Part shown: positions 35,821 through 45,403 of the stretch, piece by piece
Layout of the letters: every line of letters begins with the position of its first letter
Position numbering within the stretch: the first letter of the stretch is position 1
Source of the DNA: a virus
Lineage: Duplodnaviria > Caudoviricetes
Length of the DNA stretch: 64,000 bases
Virus record (IMG/VR): IMGVR_UViG_3300036958_000855
Coordinates: 1-64,000 of that record
Direction: 5' to 3' (one strand)
Made by a program: the position numbers and the translations under genes
Notes under the pieces: model-generated
Databases searched by the model: none
Seen by the model: only the letters and a program-made list of their open reading frames with translations
What the model was told of the DNA's origin: nothing

Positions 35821-36906
35821 TCAGTCGTTCCAGTAGTCCTCCGAGCGGTACTGGTATGGGCCGTCGCCGGGTTGCCCGGAAACAGCACCAGTCCCAAGTG
35901 TTACACCATCCGGCTCTTGCACGGAAACAGCACCAGTCCCAAGTGTTACACCATCCGGCTCTTGCACGGAACCCGGCAAGACAACATCCTCCAGCTCCCA
36001 AGTAGGCTCGGCGCCTGCGGATTCGCCAGCGGCGCCCGGCAAGCCGTCCGCGTCGTCCAAGTCCACGCCATAGACGCGAAACGTGGCGACTGCCTGCCGC
36101 ACGTTGCTCTCGTTCTCGACGCTGCTCACGGCAAACTCTCTTACGAAGTCGATGCGATAGCCGACGTCGCCTTGCGCCGCGTCGTCCTTGTCCCGAAGCA
36201 CGCGCAGGTCCACCTGCCGGAAGATGCACTGCGAGCACTCCTTCACGAGCGCAAGAAGCTCGACCGTGGCGTTGCTGAGCGCCACGATGTCGAACTCCAA
36301 GTCGGTCGTGAGGCACGTACGCAACGTGCGCCACGACCCGTCTGGCATCCGCACCTGCTTGCGCGGGTTGAGGCTGTAAAGGCGGTTTTCCTCCAAGCGC
36401 GGACCCACGAGCACGACCGCAGGCAACGCCGCAAGCTCCGTGATGTTGCACAAGTCCTGTGGGGAGCCGTCGTAGTCCGTGTGCGTCGTGAGCACGACGT
36501 TCTCCATCACCTCGCGCTTGAGAAGCTGAATGAGCGTGCGCGCCACGTTCTGTAGCGGGTTGTCCCCAGTGAGGTCCGGGCGCTTGAACTCGAAGGCGTT
36601 TGCCTTGGTCACCGTTTCGCCTGGGATGAGCACCCCATCTGCGTCGATGTTCTGCACCGTGACGCCAACAAGCTCCGGGTCGTGCGTCGGCGCCAACGCT
36701 ACGAGCCGCGTTGGCGTCAGCACCCAGATGCGCAACGCTGGCACGACGCCGAACAGCACGCGCACCGGGTCTGGTGGCTTCGCTGCGCGCCCGCTCTCTG
36801 GCGGGTCTGCGTACTGCTGAAAGGCGGTGCCGACCACGGTGACAAGCCTACGTCCCGACGTGCGCGCAGTGGTTGGGGTCACGGAGGTGATGGTCGGTAC
36901 AGCCAC
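35821..36906 (-). CDS. IPT/TIG-domain protein with tail terminator-like (Pvc16/DUF4255-like) domain
   Basis: PTITSVTPTT...G..LVTVVGTAF (IPT); LPAVVLVGPRLEEN; position before the sheath. Confidence 0.6.
   Translation of the reverse strand: MAVPTITSVTPTTARTSGRRLVTVVGTAFQQYADPPESGRAAKPPDPVRVLFGVVPALRIWVLTPTRLVALAPTHDPELVGVTVQNIDADGVLIPGETVTKANAFEFKRPDLTGDNPLQNVARTLIQLLKREVMENVVLTTHTDYDGSPQDLCNITELAALPAVVLVGPRLEENRLYSLNPRKQVRMPDGSWRTLRTCLTTDLEFDIVALSNATVELLALVKECSQCIFRQVDLRVLRDKDDAAQGDVGYRIDFVREFAVSSVENESNVRQAVATFRVYGVDLDDADGLPGAAGESAGAEPTWELEDVVLPGSVQEPDGVTLGTGAVSVQEPDGVTLGTGAVSGQPGDGPYQYRSEDYWND
35877..35971. repeat. Perfect 45-bp in-frame tandem duplication (VQEPDGVTLGTGAVS twice)
   Basis: 35881-35925 equals 35926-35970; CGGAA at the junctions. 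Confidence 0.95.
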
Positions 36907-36944
36907 GGGTCTAGCGTATCACATGCTGGACGGCGCAACCATCC

Positions 36945-37499
36945 CTACGAACCCAAGCTCCCGCCGAGGAGCTTGGCGAGATGTTCCTGAAAACGCTGCT
37001 GGGACTTCGGCGCCTCCGCGGCGAACGCTGGCTGCACGAACGGGCGCGCCGGGATGCGGATGACGATGATGCGTGTGCCCGGTCCTGCCTTGGGAGGCGA
37101 CCCCTTGAACAACACGCCGAAGAGGAAGCGGCGCATCTTGTCGGTCATGTTGAGCACGATGGTGCGACCCTGCTCGTGCGTGACAGCGAGGTTGTACTTG
37201 CCAGCACTGCGCGGAATGCCGATGAACGCCTCATCGCCCTTCTGCACCACGGTTACGGCGCCGAGAAGACCTCCGGTTGCGTTGAGCGGCTTCGAGCCTC
37301 CCTTCGCTCCCTTGCGCGTCTTGCGCGTGAGTGGGCTCAACGGCGGTGGCGGACCCCTCTGGATGTTGCGCTTGATGGCGCCTTCCAGCACGAGCGCTTC
37401 TAGGCGCACTGCTTGTTCGATAGCCTTCTCGATGTCGCCGGGTGCCGCGTTCAGAATCTTCGCGGCGAGCTTCCAGTCGCCGACGAGCTTGATGTTCAT
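36945..37499 (-). CDS. Tail completion / virion morphogenesis protein (HK97 gp10/Mu gpG-like)
   Basis: KPLNATGGLLGAV...HEQG...IPARPFVQPA. Confidence 0.75.
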   Translation of the reverse strand: MNIKLVGDWKLAAKILNAAPGDIEKAIEQAVRLEALVLEGAIKRNIQRGPPPPLSPLTRKTRKGAKGGSKPLNATGGLLGAVTVVQKGDEAFIGIPRSAGKYNLAVTHEQGRTIVLNMTDKMRRFLFGVLFKGSPPKAGPGTRIIVIRIPARPFVQPAFAAEAPKSQQRFQEHLAKLLGGSLGS

Positions 37500-38020
37500 C
37501 CCGCCACCCATGCACGCGCTGCCTGGTCGCGGGTCTGGAATGTCATGAGCAGCAGGTTGCGTGCGCGCCCCAAGCCGAATGAGGTTGGCATCACCTGAGT
37601 GCAGAACATCGGTTCTCGCACTTGCTGCACGAGCGCGCCGCACGTGTCGTAGATGGCGACAAGCCGGTCGCCAACGCGAAGTAGCGCCTCGCCCGTTGCC
37701 GTGTCCACCATCCCGGCAAGCTCCAAGTCTGCGAAGTGCAGCACGAGCGTGAGCATCGCTTGCGGGCTGTTGCCGGGGAAGAACTGCACGAGCTGGTCGT
37801 AGGTCACGACCTCGACTTGGCACTGCACGCGCACGGTCTTCTCCACGCGCTCCTCTGCGCCTGGGCCTTGCCCGGTCAACGGAGGCACCTTCACCAGCTC
37901 GCGGAAGTCGTCGTCGTAGCCGCTCGTAAGTGCGCCCGCGCCATCCGGGTCACCCGCAGTCGCAAGCGTGTCGAGCTGGGCAATCTCTGCCACGAACGGG
38001 TTTAGGAGCTTTCCCCTCAT
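37496..38020 (-). CDS. Head closure / stopper-like protein
   Basis: Position after the adaptor; beta-rich. Confidence 0.55.
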   Translation of the reverse strand: MRGKLLNPFVAEIAQLDTLATAGDPDGAGALTSGYDDDFRELVKVPPLTGQGPGAEERVEKTVRVQCQVEVVTYDQLVQFFPGNSPQAMLTLVLHFADLELAGMVDTATGEALLRVGDRLVAIYDTCGALVQQVREPMFCTQVMPTSFGLGRARNLLLMTFQTRDQAARAWVAG

Positions 38021-39141
38021 GCTGCACCCAGCATCGGTGGGCGTACGAACATCGCCAACAGCGTGTCCACGTCGGCGTCGCCCGTGAACGCGCCTTTCAG
38101 GTGGTTAGGCTCCAGCGTGTAGCTCTGGTCGCGCGTCTTCTCGCTCGTCAGACGGTGGCGTTTGATGGTGTCGTCGCGTGCCTCCCCGCACGCACTCCCC
38201 GCAAGCGTCGGAAGCTCTCGCATGACCAGAAGTTGGCAAGCGCGCCGGATGAGGTCCGGCGTCTGGCCGAATGGCGTGCCATCCGCGTCCGTATAGCCGA
38301 ACACGCCGATGAGTCCGACGTTCCGTTGCCCGCGAGGGAACACGAGCTGGCTGAACTCGAACGGGCGTCGTCGCACTTCGACCTCGCCGGGGTGGTACAG
38401 CTCGATGCGCGGGTTGTTGCGGTCGTCTGGCTGGAACAGACCAGATAGGTGCCGATTGTAGGCGCGGTAGAGCGTGCTTTCGATGGAGTATGTCTCGGGG
38501 TGCAGGTACGTGAGGCTCATCTGCAACGACTCGATTGCGATGAGTGGCATGTTGAGCAGCAACGCGGAGTTGCCGTGACCATCGAGCTTGAGCGCTAGGT
38601 AGCGCGGCTCGAAGAACCTCCCCGTGATGCGTTCGATGTATCGGGATGCCCGCTGGATTGCGAGCAAGATGCGCTCGTCGGACGCGCTCTCCTTCGTCAC
38701 ACCCTCAAGGCGCATGTCGGCAAGCGCGCAGTAGAACGGGCCAGCGAACGTGCCAGGAAGCGATACAACCTCGAACTGCTGGCTCACCTCAACGACCGGA
38801 GAGTCGGCGAAGAGCTTCCACGACCACCGCACCTCGTGCAGGCCGATAGGCTCCGTGGCAGAGCACGCCCAGCTCGCCGCGTATCGCCCAACCCCAAGCC
38901 TGTCGGCGCCCGCTGTGTCCACCGTCTGCTTCTGCCCAGGAGTCGTCGGGTACACTTGCACGGGCGCGAGCTGCTTTGCCTCGGTCGAGAGGTCGAATAT
39001 CTGGAACTTCAGCTCGTGCAAGTCAAAGAGCGTGCCTCCCCCAGGGTCCGTGGCGCTTGCCCGCCCGGTGTTATCCTGCGCGTAGAACACGAGCACCGGG
39101 TTGGTCGCTCCGATGGTCTGGCCTCGTCCAATGGGCTTCAT
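38017..39141 (-). CDS. Head-tail adaptor (gp6/gp15-like) with N-terminal Ig-like domain
   Basis: YCALADMR...AIQRASRYIERITGRFF...YGYT...PDLIRRACQLLV. Confidence 0.75.
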   Translation of the reverse strand: MKPIGRGQTIGATNPVLVFYAQDNTGRASATDPGGGTLFDLHELKFQIFDLSTEAKQLAPVQVYPTTPGQKQTVDTAGADRLGVGRYAASWACSATEPIGLHEVRWSWKLFADSPVVEVSQQFEVVSLPGTFAGPFYCALADMRLEGVTKESASDERILLAIQRASRYIERITGRFFEPRYLALKLDGHGNSALLLNMPLIAIESLQMSLTYLHPETYSIESTLYRAYNRHLSGLFQPDDRNNPRIELYHPGEVEVRRRPFEFSQLVFPRGQRNVGLIGVFGYTDADGTPFGQTPDLIRRACQLLVMRELPTLAGSACGEARDDTIKRHRLTSEKTRDQSYTLEPNHLKGAFTGDADVDTLLAMFVRPPMLGAA

Positions 39142-39158
39142 GCGCCAAGTTTCCCACG

Positions 39159-39716
39159 TCAAGCGGGTTTGAAGCAACGTGCAACGACACGCCCAGCTAC
39201 GGTTGGGCCATCGGCGCCTCCAGCGAACCCAGGTCCATCGACGGCGCCTTCTACAACCCCAAGTTGGTCGCGTACCTCTCCGCGTGCTTCGGCGCCAGAC
39301 GCAACCTCGCCAACCAACGATGGTGCGCCGATGCTGCCACCCAGCTTCCGCACGAAGTCGAGGTCAGTTTGGGTGCTCACAATGACCACGACATCGTGGT
39401 CGTCGCCCTGTACCTCTCCGCCGTCATCAACGTGGTACTCCGCGATGAGCACCGTGCCAGCAGGCGCGCCGGGCACCACGGCAAGGTCGAGGTTGCGGTC
39501 GTACGTGCCGCGCTCACTTTCAGTCAACGTTGCGTACTTCTGCGTCCAGCCCGAGGTCTTGAACGAGTTGTCACCCCAGTCGAGGTACGAGCCCGCGGTG
39601 CTCCCGCGACGAATCGCCACGGTAGGCACGAGCCCCGAGATGCCACCCACCCCTTCCCTGTCGATGGTCAGGGTGAGTGGCACTCGGGTCCGTGCTTCAA
39701 CGAGGAGAACGCTCAT
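39159..39716 (-). CDS. Hypothetical virion-associated protein
   Basis: Coupled ORF in the head-neck operon. Confidence 0.55.
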   Translation of the reverse strand: MSVLLVEARTRVPLTLTIDREGVGGISGLVPTVAIRRGSTAGSYLDWGDNSFKTSGWTQKYATLTESERGTYDRNLDLAVVPGAPAGTVLIAEYHVDDGGEVQGDDHDVVVIVSTQTDLDFVRKLGGSIGAPSLVGEVASGAEARGEVRDQLGVVEGAVDGPGFAGGADGPTVAGRVVARCFKPA

Positions 39717-39898
39717 GGCGCAACGAGCCTATCATACAGCCAAACGATGGACGCAGCACTCAAGAGAACGCCTGCGCACGTGAGGGAGACGTTGCGCACC
39801 CGCTCAACCCACGTATCCGGGCGCAGGCGCACGACGGACTGGTGCAAGCGCGTCACCTCATCTGAGAGCGTGAGCATCGCCTGCGCCACGGATGCCAT
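39713..39898 (-). CDS. Small membrane protein
   Basis: 61 aa with C-terminal TM segment (VSLTCAGVLLSAASIVWLY). Confidence 0.45.
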   Translation of the reverse strand: MASVAQAMLTLSDEVTRLHQSVVRLRPDTWVERVRNVSLTCAGVLLSAASIVWLYDRLVAP

Positions 39899-39936
39899 GA
39901 GGCAGCCAGGACCTCCGCACGGGTGTGGTGAGCCGC

Positions 39937-41175
39937 TCAATGCGGCACCGCCACGAAGCGCACGGGGAAGGACGAACCTCCAGTCGGCATGAACTGCGCC
40001 CAAGGCGCTGGCGTTGCGCTCAGGTTGTAGCGCCCCTCCACAGCTCCCTTGGCGTTGTCCCCGGTGCTCCCAGATGCTGCCGGGATGAGGAACTTTCCGC
40101 CAGGAAGAAGCCCGGCGAGCGTCCAAGCCGCGCCTCCCCACTGTCCAGCGCGCGGGTTGATGAGGAACCCGATGTTCTGGCCGTCACTTGCGGACGTGGC
40201 GATGTGCATCCGGTAGAGCACTCCGTAGTTCCCAGCATTCGTCATCGCCGTCCCGTCTGTCACGTCCACGCCAACCGCGAACGCATCCGTCGCGGTGCCA
40301 CCAGCGACAGGGAATTGCTGCACGCCAGCAGCCGTGTCGATGATGACGCCACTCGCCGTGTCATACACCTTGTCGGCGTAGGGGAACGTCCCGCGCTTGT
40401 GCGTGTCGCGGGCGAGCACGGCGAGCGTCGGGCATACCGTGAGCGGCGCGTCGTTCGTGGCGAGAATGCAGATGGTGACCTGGTGCGTCTGGCCGAAGCT
40501 GTAGTCCCAGATGCCATGCAGCAGGTTGCCGGTGTTCACGTCCGTCACGTCGAACGTCGTGTCGAGCCGCACCGTGGCGCCCGCGGCAACGTTCACGGGT
40601 GTTGCCGCAGCAGCGTTGAGCCAGCGCTCGAAGGCGAGCTTGCCTGCGTAGAGGAACGATGTGGTCGGGCCAGCCGTGCCGCGTCGTTGCACCGTGAGCG
40701 TGCCCGCGCTTGCCGACGTGTTCTTGAGCAACACGGTGAAGCGCGACTTCGCAGAGCGCCCGTTCACGTGATACGCGAACACGCGGTTGTAGTCGGAACC
40801 GCTTGTCGCGGGCAACGTGCCGTCCTCGTAGAGCTTGCCGCGGTCAGTCGGCGTCTCTGGCGAGTCGCTGAAGATGAGCTTTCCACCTGCCCATGTCTCC
40901 GTCATTGTGACTTCCGGGCACGTGAGGGGATTGAGCCCGGACAAGCTGATGACCGCGGCTTGCGACGCAGCGGTGAGGTCCGTGTCGAGCTGCGCGGGCG
41001 TCGGGCACTGCGCCACGCCAGCACGTGTTTCGGAAGCCGTTGGAGCTGCGGGCGCTGAAGCCTCTGGCGTCGCAACGTCGGGCAACGTCGGCGCGGGAGC
41101 CGCGTTCACGCACGGCGCGGGCGAGCGGGTGCACGCAGCGAGCAACACGAACATCAACAGAGCAAGCTTCTTCAT
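39937..41175 (-). CDS. Large lipoprotein with beta-rich extracytoplasmic domain
   Basis: MKKLALLMFVLLAA-C lipobox; Pro/Ala linker; LIFSDSPE...G.LY.D...RVFAYHVN. Confidence 0.75.
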   Translation of the reverse strand: MKKLALLMFVLLAACTRSPAPCVNAAPAPTLPDVATPEASAPAAPTASETRAGVAQCPTPAQLDTDLTAASQAAVISLSGLNPLTCPEVTMTETWAGGKLIFSDSPETPTDRGKLYEDGTLPATSGSDYNRVFAYHVNGRSAKSRFTVLLKNTSASAGTLTVQRRGTAGPTTSFLYAGKLAFERWLNAAAATPVNVAAGATVRLDTTFDVTDVNTGNLLHGIWDYSFGQTHQVTICILATNDAPLTVCPTLAVLARDTHKRGTFPYADKVYDTASGVIIDTAAGVQQFPVAGGTATDAFAVGVDVTDGTAMTNAGNYGVLYRMHIATSASDGQNIGFLINPRAGQWGGAAWTLAGLLPGGKFLIPAASGSTGDNAKGAVEGRYNLSATPAPWAQFMPTGGSSFPVRFVAVPH

Positions 41176-41178
41176 GAG

Positions 41179-41796
41179 TCACATCTCCCAGCACAGCAGT
41201 TCGCCTCGTACCGTTGTCGAGGACGTTTGGTTCGGAATCATCGTCGCGCGGATGTACGCTTTCTCTGCGTACGGAACCGCCACGAGACGCCGGTCGAAGA
41301 TGAGTAGTCCTGGTGGCGTTGCGATGCCCATCAGGTTCACCAAGTCCCAATGCTCATCCACGATGTTCACGCCATACGTGGAGCGCCCCATGAGCTTGAG
41401 CTTCACTTCGTCGTCGGAGCTAGCTCCCCACCCATAGACGTACCCAGACTTGCCAGCGGGCACGTAGTGGTGGCAGAGGAAGGCGTCGAACGTACCGACA
41501 CCGATGCCAGTCACCTCCGTGGCGCCACCGCCCGTGCCGTCGTAGAGCACGATGGCGCCAGCGGCTGCCGCGCCCTCGATGACGTGGAACTTCTCGATGA
41601 AGCGTATGTCGCTCGCGACCGTGTTGACTTTGCTCGTGCCGTTGAGCGTCACGTCCTCGGTCTTCGCCACGTACGCGCTCGTGAGGTAGTGGATGCGCAC
41701 CTTCTTGGCGCCCGTGCCAGCGGGCGCGTCCTGCGCAGAGCTGGACGCAACGGAGCGTTGCGCTTGCCCGCTTTGCTCCACATAGGTGCGCGCCAC
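41179..41796 (-). CDS. Hypothetical structural protein
   Basis: Open frame with GTG start in the head operon, beta-rich. Confidence 0.6.
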   Translation of the reverse strand: MARTYVEQSGQAQRSVASSSAQDAPAGTGAKKVRIHYLTSAYVAKTEDVTLNGTSKVNTVASDIRFIEKFHVIEGAAAAGAIVLYDGTGGGATEVTGIGVGTFDAFLCHHYVPAGKSGYVYGWGASSDDEVKLKLMGRSTYGVNIVDEHWDLVNLMGIATPPGLLIFDRRLVAVPYAEKAYIRATMIPNQTSSTTVRGELLCWEM

Positions 41797-41810
41797 GGCT
41801 CACCCCTTTC

Positions 41811-42149
41811 TCACGTGAACTTGGGTCGTACCGTAAGCCTCGCAGGGGTTGCCACAAGCTCGCCTCCAGGCACGGTCAAGCGTGGCTCCAAAACGAGTTC
41901 ATCTGGGTCTGGCACATCGCTGGGTGCGAAGACGTGCGTGAGCCTACATGCCGTTGCGGTCTGGTCCGACACCACGCACGCCCAGGTTGCGATTGAGCCG
42001 TCCCCGCGCTGCACCTCGAAGTGCGCCGCGGTCACGGCTGTCAAGTCGAAGTCAGGGTCATCCGTGGTCATGTCGTAGCGGACCACGTATGGCGCAGTGG
42101 CTCCAGCGTGAATCGAGCTGCGGTTGGAAGAGGAAGTGCACGTTGCCAC
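41811..42149 (-). CDS. BppU N-terminal-like Ig domain protein
   Basis: FDLTAVTAAHFEVQR...RLTHVFAPSDV...LEPRLT. Confidence 0.5.
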   Translation of the reverse strand: MATCTSSSNRSSIHAGATAPYVVRYDMTTDDPDFDLTAVTAAHFEVQRGDGSIATWACVVSDQTATACRLTHVFAPSDVPDPDELVLEPRLTVPGGELVATPARLTVRPKFT

Positions 42150-42198
42150 AGCCAGAGCTTACACCACTCTTGCGTGGCAGGGCCAGCGAGGGGGAGAG

Positions 42199-42654
42199 CT
42201 ATCGGCGACGTCCACGCTTGGGCGCACCGGGCACCGCGACTGGCGCTGGTGTCGCCGCAACTTCCGCGGCGAGGTCTTCGGATTCGAGGTCTGCTTCGTT
42301 GCCGGGCAGGTCCGCTGTCGTCACGACGTCTTCACGTGCGGCACGCCTCGCCGCATCCCGCGCTTGCGCCACGGACGGGTGATGGATGCGAAGCGGAGCG
42401 GTCGCAGATGCCTTCTCCACCTGCTTCCGTTCCGCGTCTTCAAGAGCCTGCGCTTCCTCCCGCGTGCACACGTCGAACGCCAGCGGAGCGTTGCCGTCGT
42501 ACTGCGAGTTCCGAATCGTGGCGAGGTATGCTGCGTCCGCGTCGGACACCTCATACCAACCCGCGGTTTCGCGGAACACGGTGCCGTGAAGCACGTAGGT
42601 GCGTAGCTTGAACCCTTTCTTGGGGTTGTACGGCTTGATGCGGACGACCTTCAT
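42199..42654 (-). CDS. Hypothetical protein following the capsid genes
   Basis: SD AAGGAG; coherent GC3-rich codon use. Confidence 0.6.
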   Translation of the reverse strand: MKVVRIKPYNPKKGFKLRTYVLHGTVFRETAGWYEVSDADAAYLATIRNSQYDGNAPLAFDVCTREEAQALEDAERKQVEKASATAPLRIHHPSVAQARDAARRAAREDVVTTADLPGNEADLESEDLAAEVAATPAPVAVPGAPKRGRRR

Positions 42655-42691
42655 GTGACTCCTTTCCCAGCGCGTGACTGCTGGTGGCGCG

Positions 42692-42988
42692 CTACGCCTT
42701 CGTGGTCTTCAGCGTGTAGGCGCCCGGTAGTGCTGCGCGAAGCGCGGCTTGGTCCGCCTTGAGAGCGTTGACGAACGTGCGCAAGAGCGCCATCTCGGCA
42801 GCGCTGGGCGGGTCGGTGAACGCGGCGATGTCGGCGCCAACCGTGGCTGCCGTAGGCACGCCTACCTGCACGCCAGCGAGGTCGTCGGCGATGTCACGAA
42901 GCGCATCTGCCAACGTTGGCTGGCCTTGGTTCCCTCCGGGCGCGAGGTTCGCGCCACCGGAGCCGAAGCGGATGGTGATGGCTGCCAT
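42692..42988 (-). CDS. Hypothetical capsid-associated (head fibre-like) protein
   Basis: SD AAGGAGG; Ala-rich with coiled coil. Confidence 0.55.
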   Translation of the reverse strand: MAAITIRFGSGGANLAPGGNQGQPTLADALRDIADDLAGVQVGVPTAATVGADIAAFTDPPSAAEMALLRTFVNALKADQAALRAALPGAYTLKTTKA

Positions 42989-42998
42989 GCTCGCCTCC

Positions 42999-43340
42999 TT
43001 ACCTGCTCACCACGAGCACGTTGAAGGTGATGGCGCTCAGGTCCGCGGCAGAGGTGACCTCGATGAGAGGCCCGTCTGCTCCGCCGTCGTTGTTGGCGAA
43101 GTAGACCTTGAGCTTGTCGTTGGTCTTGTCGTAGCACGGGACGTAGCCTCCGCAGTCCTGCGGAATGACGGCCAGAATCTCGCGCGCCGACTTGACCTTC
43201 GTGCGAAAGGTCGTCTGGAACGCCGCGGTTCCCCCAGTGGGGTAGGCGCCATCCCCAGCGAACGACACGAGGTCGAGAAAGACAGGGGGCTCTGCACCGG
43301 GCGCCGCGATGCTGCCCAAACTGAGGGTTCCGATTGCCAT
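42999..43340 (-). CDS. Putative head decoration protein
   Basis: Directly after the major capsid gene; GDGAYPTGG...YDKTNDKLKVY...EV..AADLS. Confidence 0.6.
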   Translation of the reverse strand: MAIGTLSLGSIAAPGAEPPVFLDLVSFAGDGAYPTGGTAAFQTTFRTKVKSAREILAVIPQDCGGYVPCYDKTNDKLKVYFANNDGGADGPLIEVTSAADLSAITFNVLVVSR

Positions 43341-43392
43341 GGTTCAATCCTCCGGGCGCGCGTACGCGCCATGTCAGAGCCGCGCTTCCGCG

Positions 43393-44340
43393 CTAGCTGA
43401 CCTTCACGTTGATGCACTTCGCGACCGCGTTCTCCTCCGCGTACTTCGTGTCGAATCGCAGGGTCACGACGATGATGAGCACGCCGTCCGACACGAGCTT
43501 GTCCGTCTCGATTCGGATGTTGCGCCAGATGCCGACGTTGATGTTCTTGGGGTCGGTGAGGAGGATGTCGGTGCAGTTGGACCCGACGCCGAGGTTCTCG
43601 GGGAACATCGGCACGTCCACGACCGGGATGCCGGTGTATGACACCTCGCCCTGCTCCTGGAGCCACGCATCGCCACCAGGAGTGCCGCGGTCGGCAAGCG
43701 CGTCGCGGTAGTTGATCTCCGAGTTGACGCTCGTGAGGAACCGCAGCGCTGCCTTGTCACGCAAGAACTCGTTCGGCACGACCTTCATGAGGTCGCGGAA
43801 CAGCGACTTGTTGGTGGTCTGGAGCGCGGCATCCACGACATGCGACGAGGCCTGCGCGAGAATGCCGTCGAACTTCGCGAGGAACGGGTCGCCGCTGGTG
43901 GTGTCGCCGTTGATGACGACCTCCTCCATGTCACGGCTGACCGCCTCCGCCATCATCGACATGATGGTCTGGCGCAGTTCCTCACGCTCGATGGAGTCTT
44001 CGAGCACCTCGTTGTCCAAGCGCACCTCGCCCTTGAAGAGCTGCGCATCCAGCTCGACCTTCCCAAGGTCCGGCTTGGCGCGGTCACCCGCGGGCAGCGC
44101 CGTCGCCTCCACCCCGGCGCGCAAGATGCGCCCGCCGAAGCGAATCTTCTCGATGAGCTGCTTGGGCGCGCGCATCGGAACGACGGTGCTCATGCCGAGC
44201 ACCTTCGACGCCTTGATGAGAATCCTCATGAACTTGGCTGCCTGCGCTGGCTGGAGCAGTCCGCCCGAAGTCGTCAGGTCGGACAGCGCGAGGTCGGCCT
44301 TCTCCAAGAGGGACCTGTTGTCTGTGAGTCCAGTGGTCAT
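43393..44340 (-). CDS. Major capsid protein (HK97 fold, PBSX XkdG-like)
   Basis: GGLLQPAQAAKF..., EVRLDNEVLEDSIE, DMEEVVINGDT, LLTDPKNINVGIWRNIRIE; SD GAAGGAG before ATG 44340. Confidence 0.9.
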   Translation of the reverse strand: MTTGLTDNRSLLEKADLALSDLTTSGGLLQPAQAAKFMRILIKASKVLGMSTVVPMRAPKQLIEKIRFGGRILRAGVEATALPAGDRAKPDLGKVELDAQLFKGEVRLDNEVLEDSIEREELRQTIMSMMAEAVSRDMEEVVINGDTTSGDPFLAKFDGILAQASSHVVDAALQTTNKSLFRDLMKVVPNEFLRDKAALRFLTSVNSEINYRDALADRGTPGGDAWLQEQGEVSYTGIPVVDVPMFPENLGVGSNCTDILLTDPKNINVGIWRNIRIETDKLVSDGVLIIVVTLRFDTKYAEENAVAKCINVKVS

Positions 44341-44351
44341 CGTGCTCTCCT

Positions 44352-45356
44352 TCAACGTTCCTCGGGCTCGAAGAATGCGTCTTTGCCGAGTTCTGCTCGA
44401 CGGAACGGGCGGTTCATGTCCAGAGGCCAGGATACCCGCTCGCTTTCAGGGTTGACAGACTTTTCGACCGGAATGCCGTTGCTCCGGTCGCGCTTGGCGC
44501 GGATGGCAGCGGCCTCCTCTGCCTGCTTCTTCAGCTCGGACTGGAGGTCGGTGACTTGCTTGGTGAGCTTGGCGACCTCCGCCTGCATGTCTGGCGTGAC
44601 CGGCGGAGGCGGAGCGGGCGCCGGTCGTGCCTTCTCAGCGGCGAGGTCGGCTGCGGCTTGCGCGCTGTCGAGTTCGGCAAGCAGCGACGACAAGATGCTC
44701 AGCGCGTTCTTGAACCTCGCAAGGCGCTCCTTCGCCATGCGGGCTCCAAGCTTCTGCACCACGGTGCCCATCTGCTTCTCGAACTCCGCGCGTCGCACGA
44801 CGCGCTGCGCGGCGAGCAGCTCCAAGCGCTTCCCGAGCCCCATGGTGACCGGAGGCGCGGGTGCAACAGCCGATGCTGGAGCGGGCGCGGTGGCGGGTGC
44901 GGCGCCGGGCGCGGGCGCCGCGGCAGCCGGTTGCTCCGACGCCTCCTCGACTTCCGCACCCCCAAGCGCGGTCACTGCATCCTCGAAGCCACCCGCCACG
45001 GTCGCAAGCAGCTCGACGAGCGCCGTTGCGTCTTGTTCACCCGGCTCCTCGACGACCTTCGCCTTCTTCACCATGGCAAGCGCGTCCTCGACCATCTTGA
45101 GTGCGCTCTCAACCACGCCCTGCAGCGCGCCTTGCGCGTCCTTGGTCAGCGCGATGTCCGCCTTGGGAGTGGGCTCTGGCGTGCCTCCCGCTGTGTATGT
45201 ACCGTCCGATTGCTGCGTAACTTCTGCACCAGGAGGCATTGGCTCGCTCCTTTTCACGACGAGAAACTTTCGTCGGTTCGCTGCACGGTCCACGAGAGAC
45301 ACCTCTTCGACGAGCATGTCAACGAGGCGGGTCACCTTGTCATTCTCTGGAGGCAT
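44352..45356 (-). CDS. Capsid scaffolding protein with N-terminal EVSLVDRAAN segment
   Basis: Low-complexity Ala/Pro/Glu body with coiled coils, directly upstream of the capsid gene. Confidence 0.7.
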   Translation of the reverse strand: MPPENDKVTRLVDMLVEEVSLVDRAANRRKFLVVKRSEPMPPGAEVTQQSDGTYTAGGTPEPTPKADIALTKDAQGALQGVVESALKMVEDALAMVKKAKVVEEPGEQDATALVELLATVAGGFEDAVTALGGAEVEEASEQPAAAAPAPGAAPATAPAPASAVAPAPPVTMGLGKRLELLAAQRVVRRAEFEKQMGTVVQKLGARMAKERLARFKNALSILSSLLAELDSAQAAADLAAEKARPAPAPPPPVTPDMQAEVAKLTKQVTDLQSELKKQAEEAAAIRAKRDRSNGIPVEKSVNPESERVSWPLDMNRPFRRAELGKDAFFEPEER

Positions 45357-45403
45357 CGTGCTCCCCCAAGTTTGCGTTGGTATGCGGCATCATGTCAACA
45401 CGC

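Noticed and set aside
20765-36906. Bacterial T6SS or stand-alone eCIS locus
   Set aside because: Contiguous with terminase, portal, protease and capsid genes; no TssJLM, ClpV or Afp15-type ATPase in the tail cluster
43341-43360. tRNA T-arm-like GGTTCAATCC
   Set aside because: The loop is one base short, there is no D or anticodon arm, and it overlaps the SD region of 42999-43340
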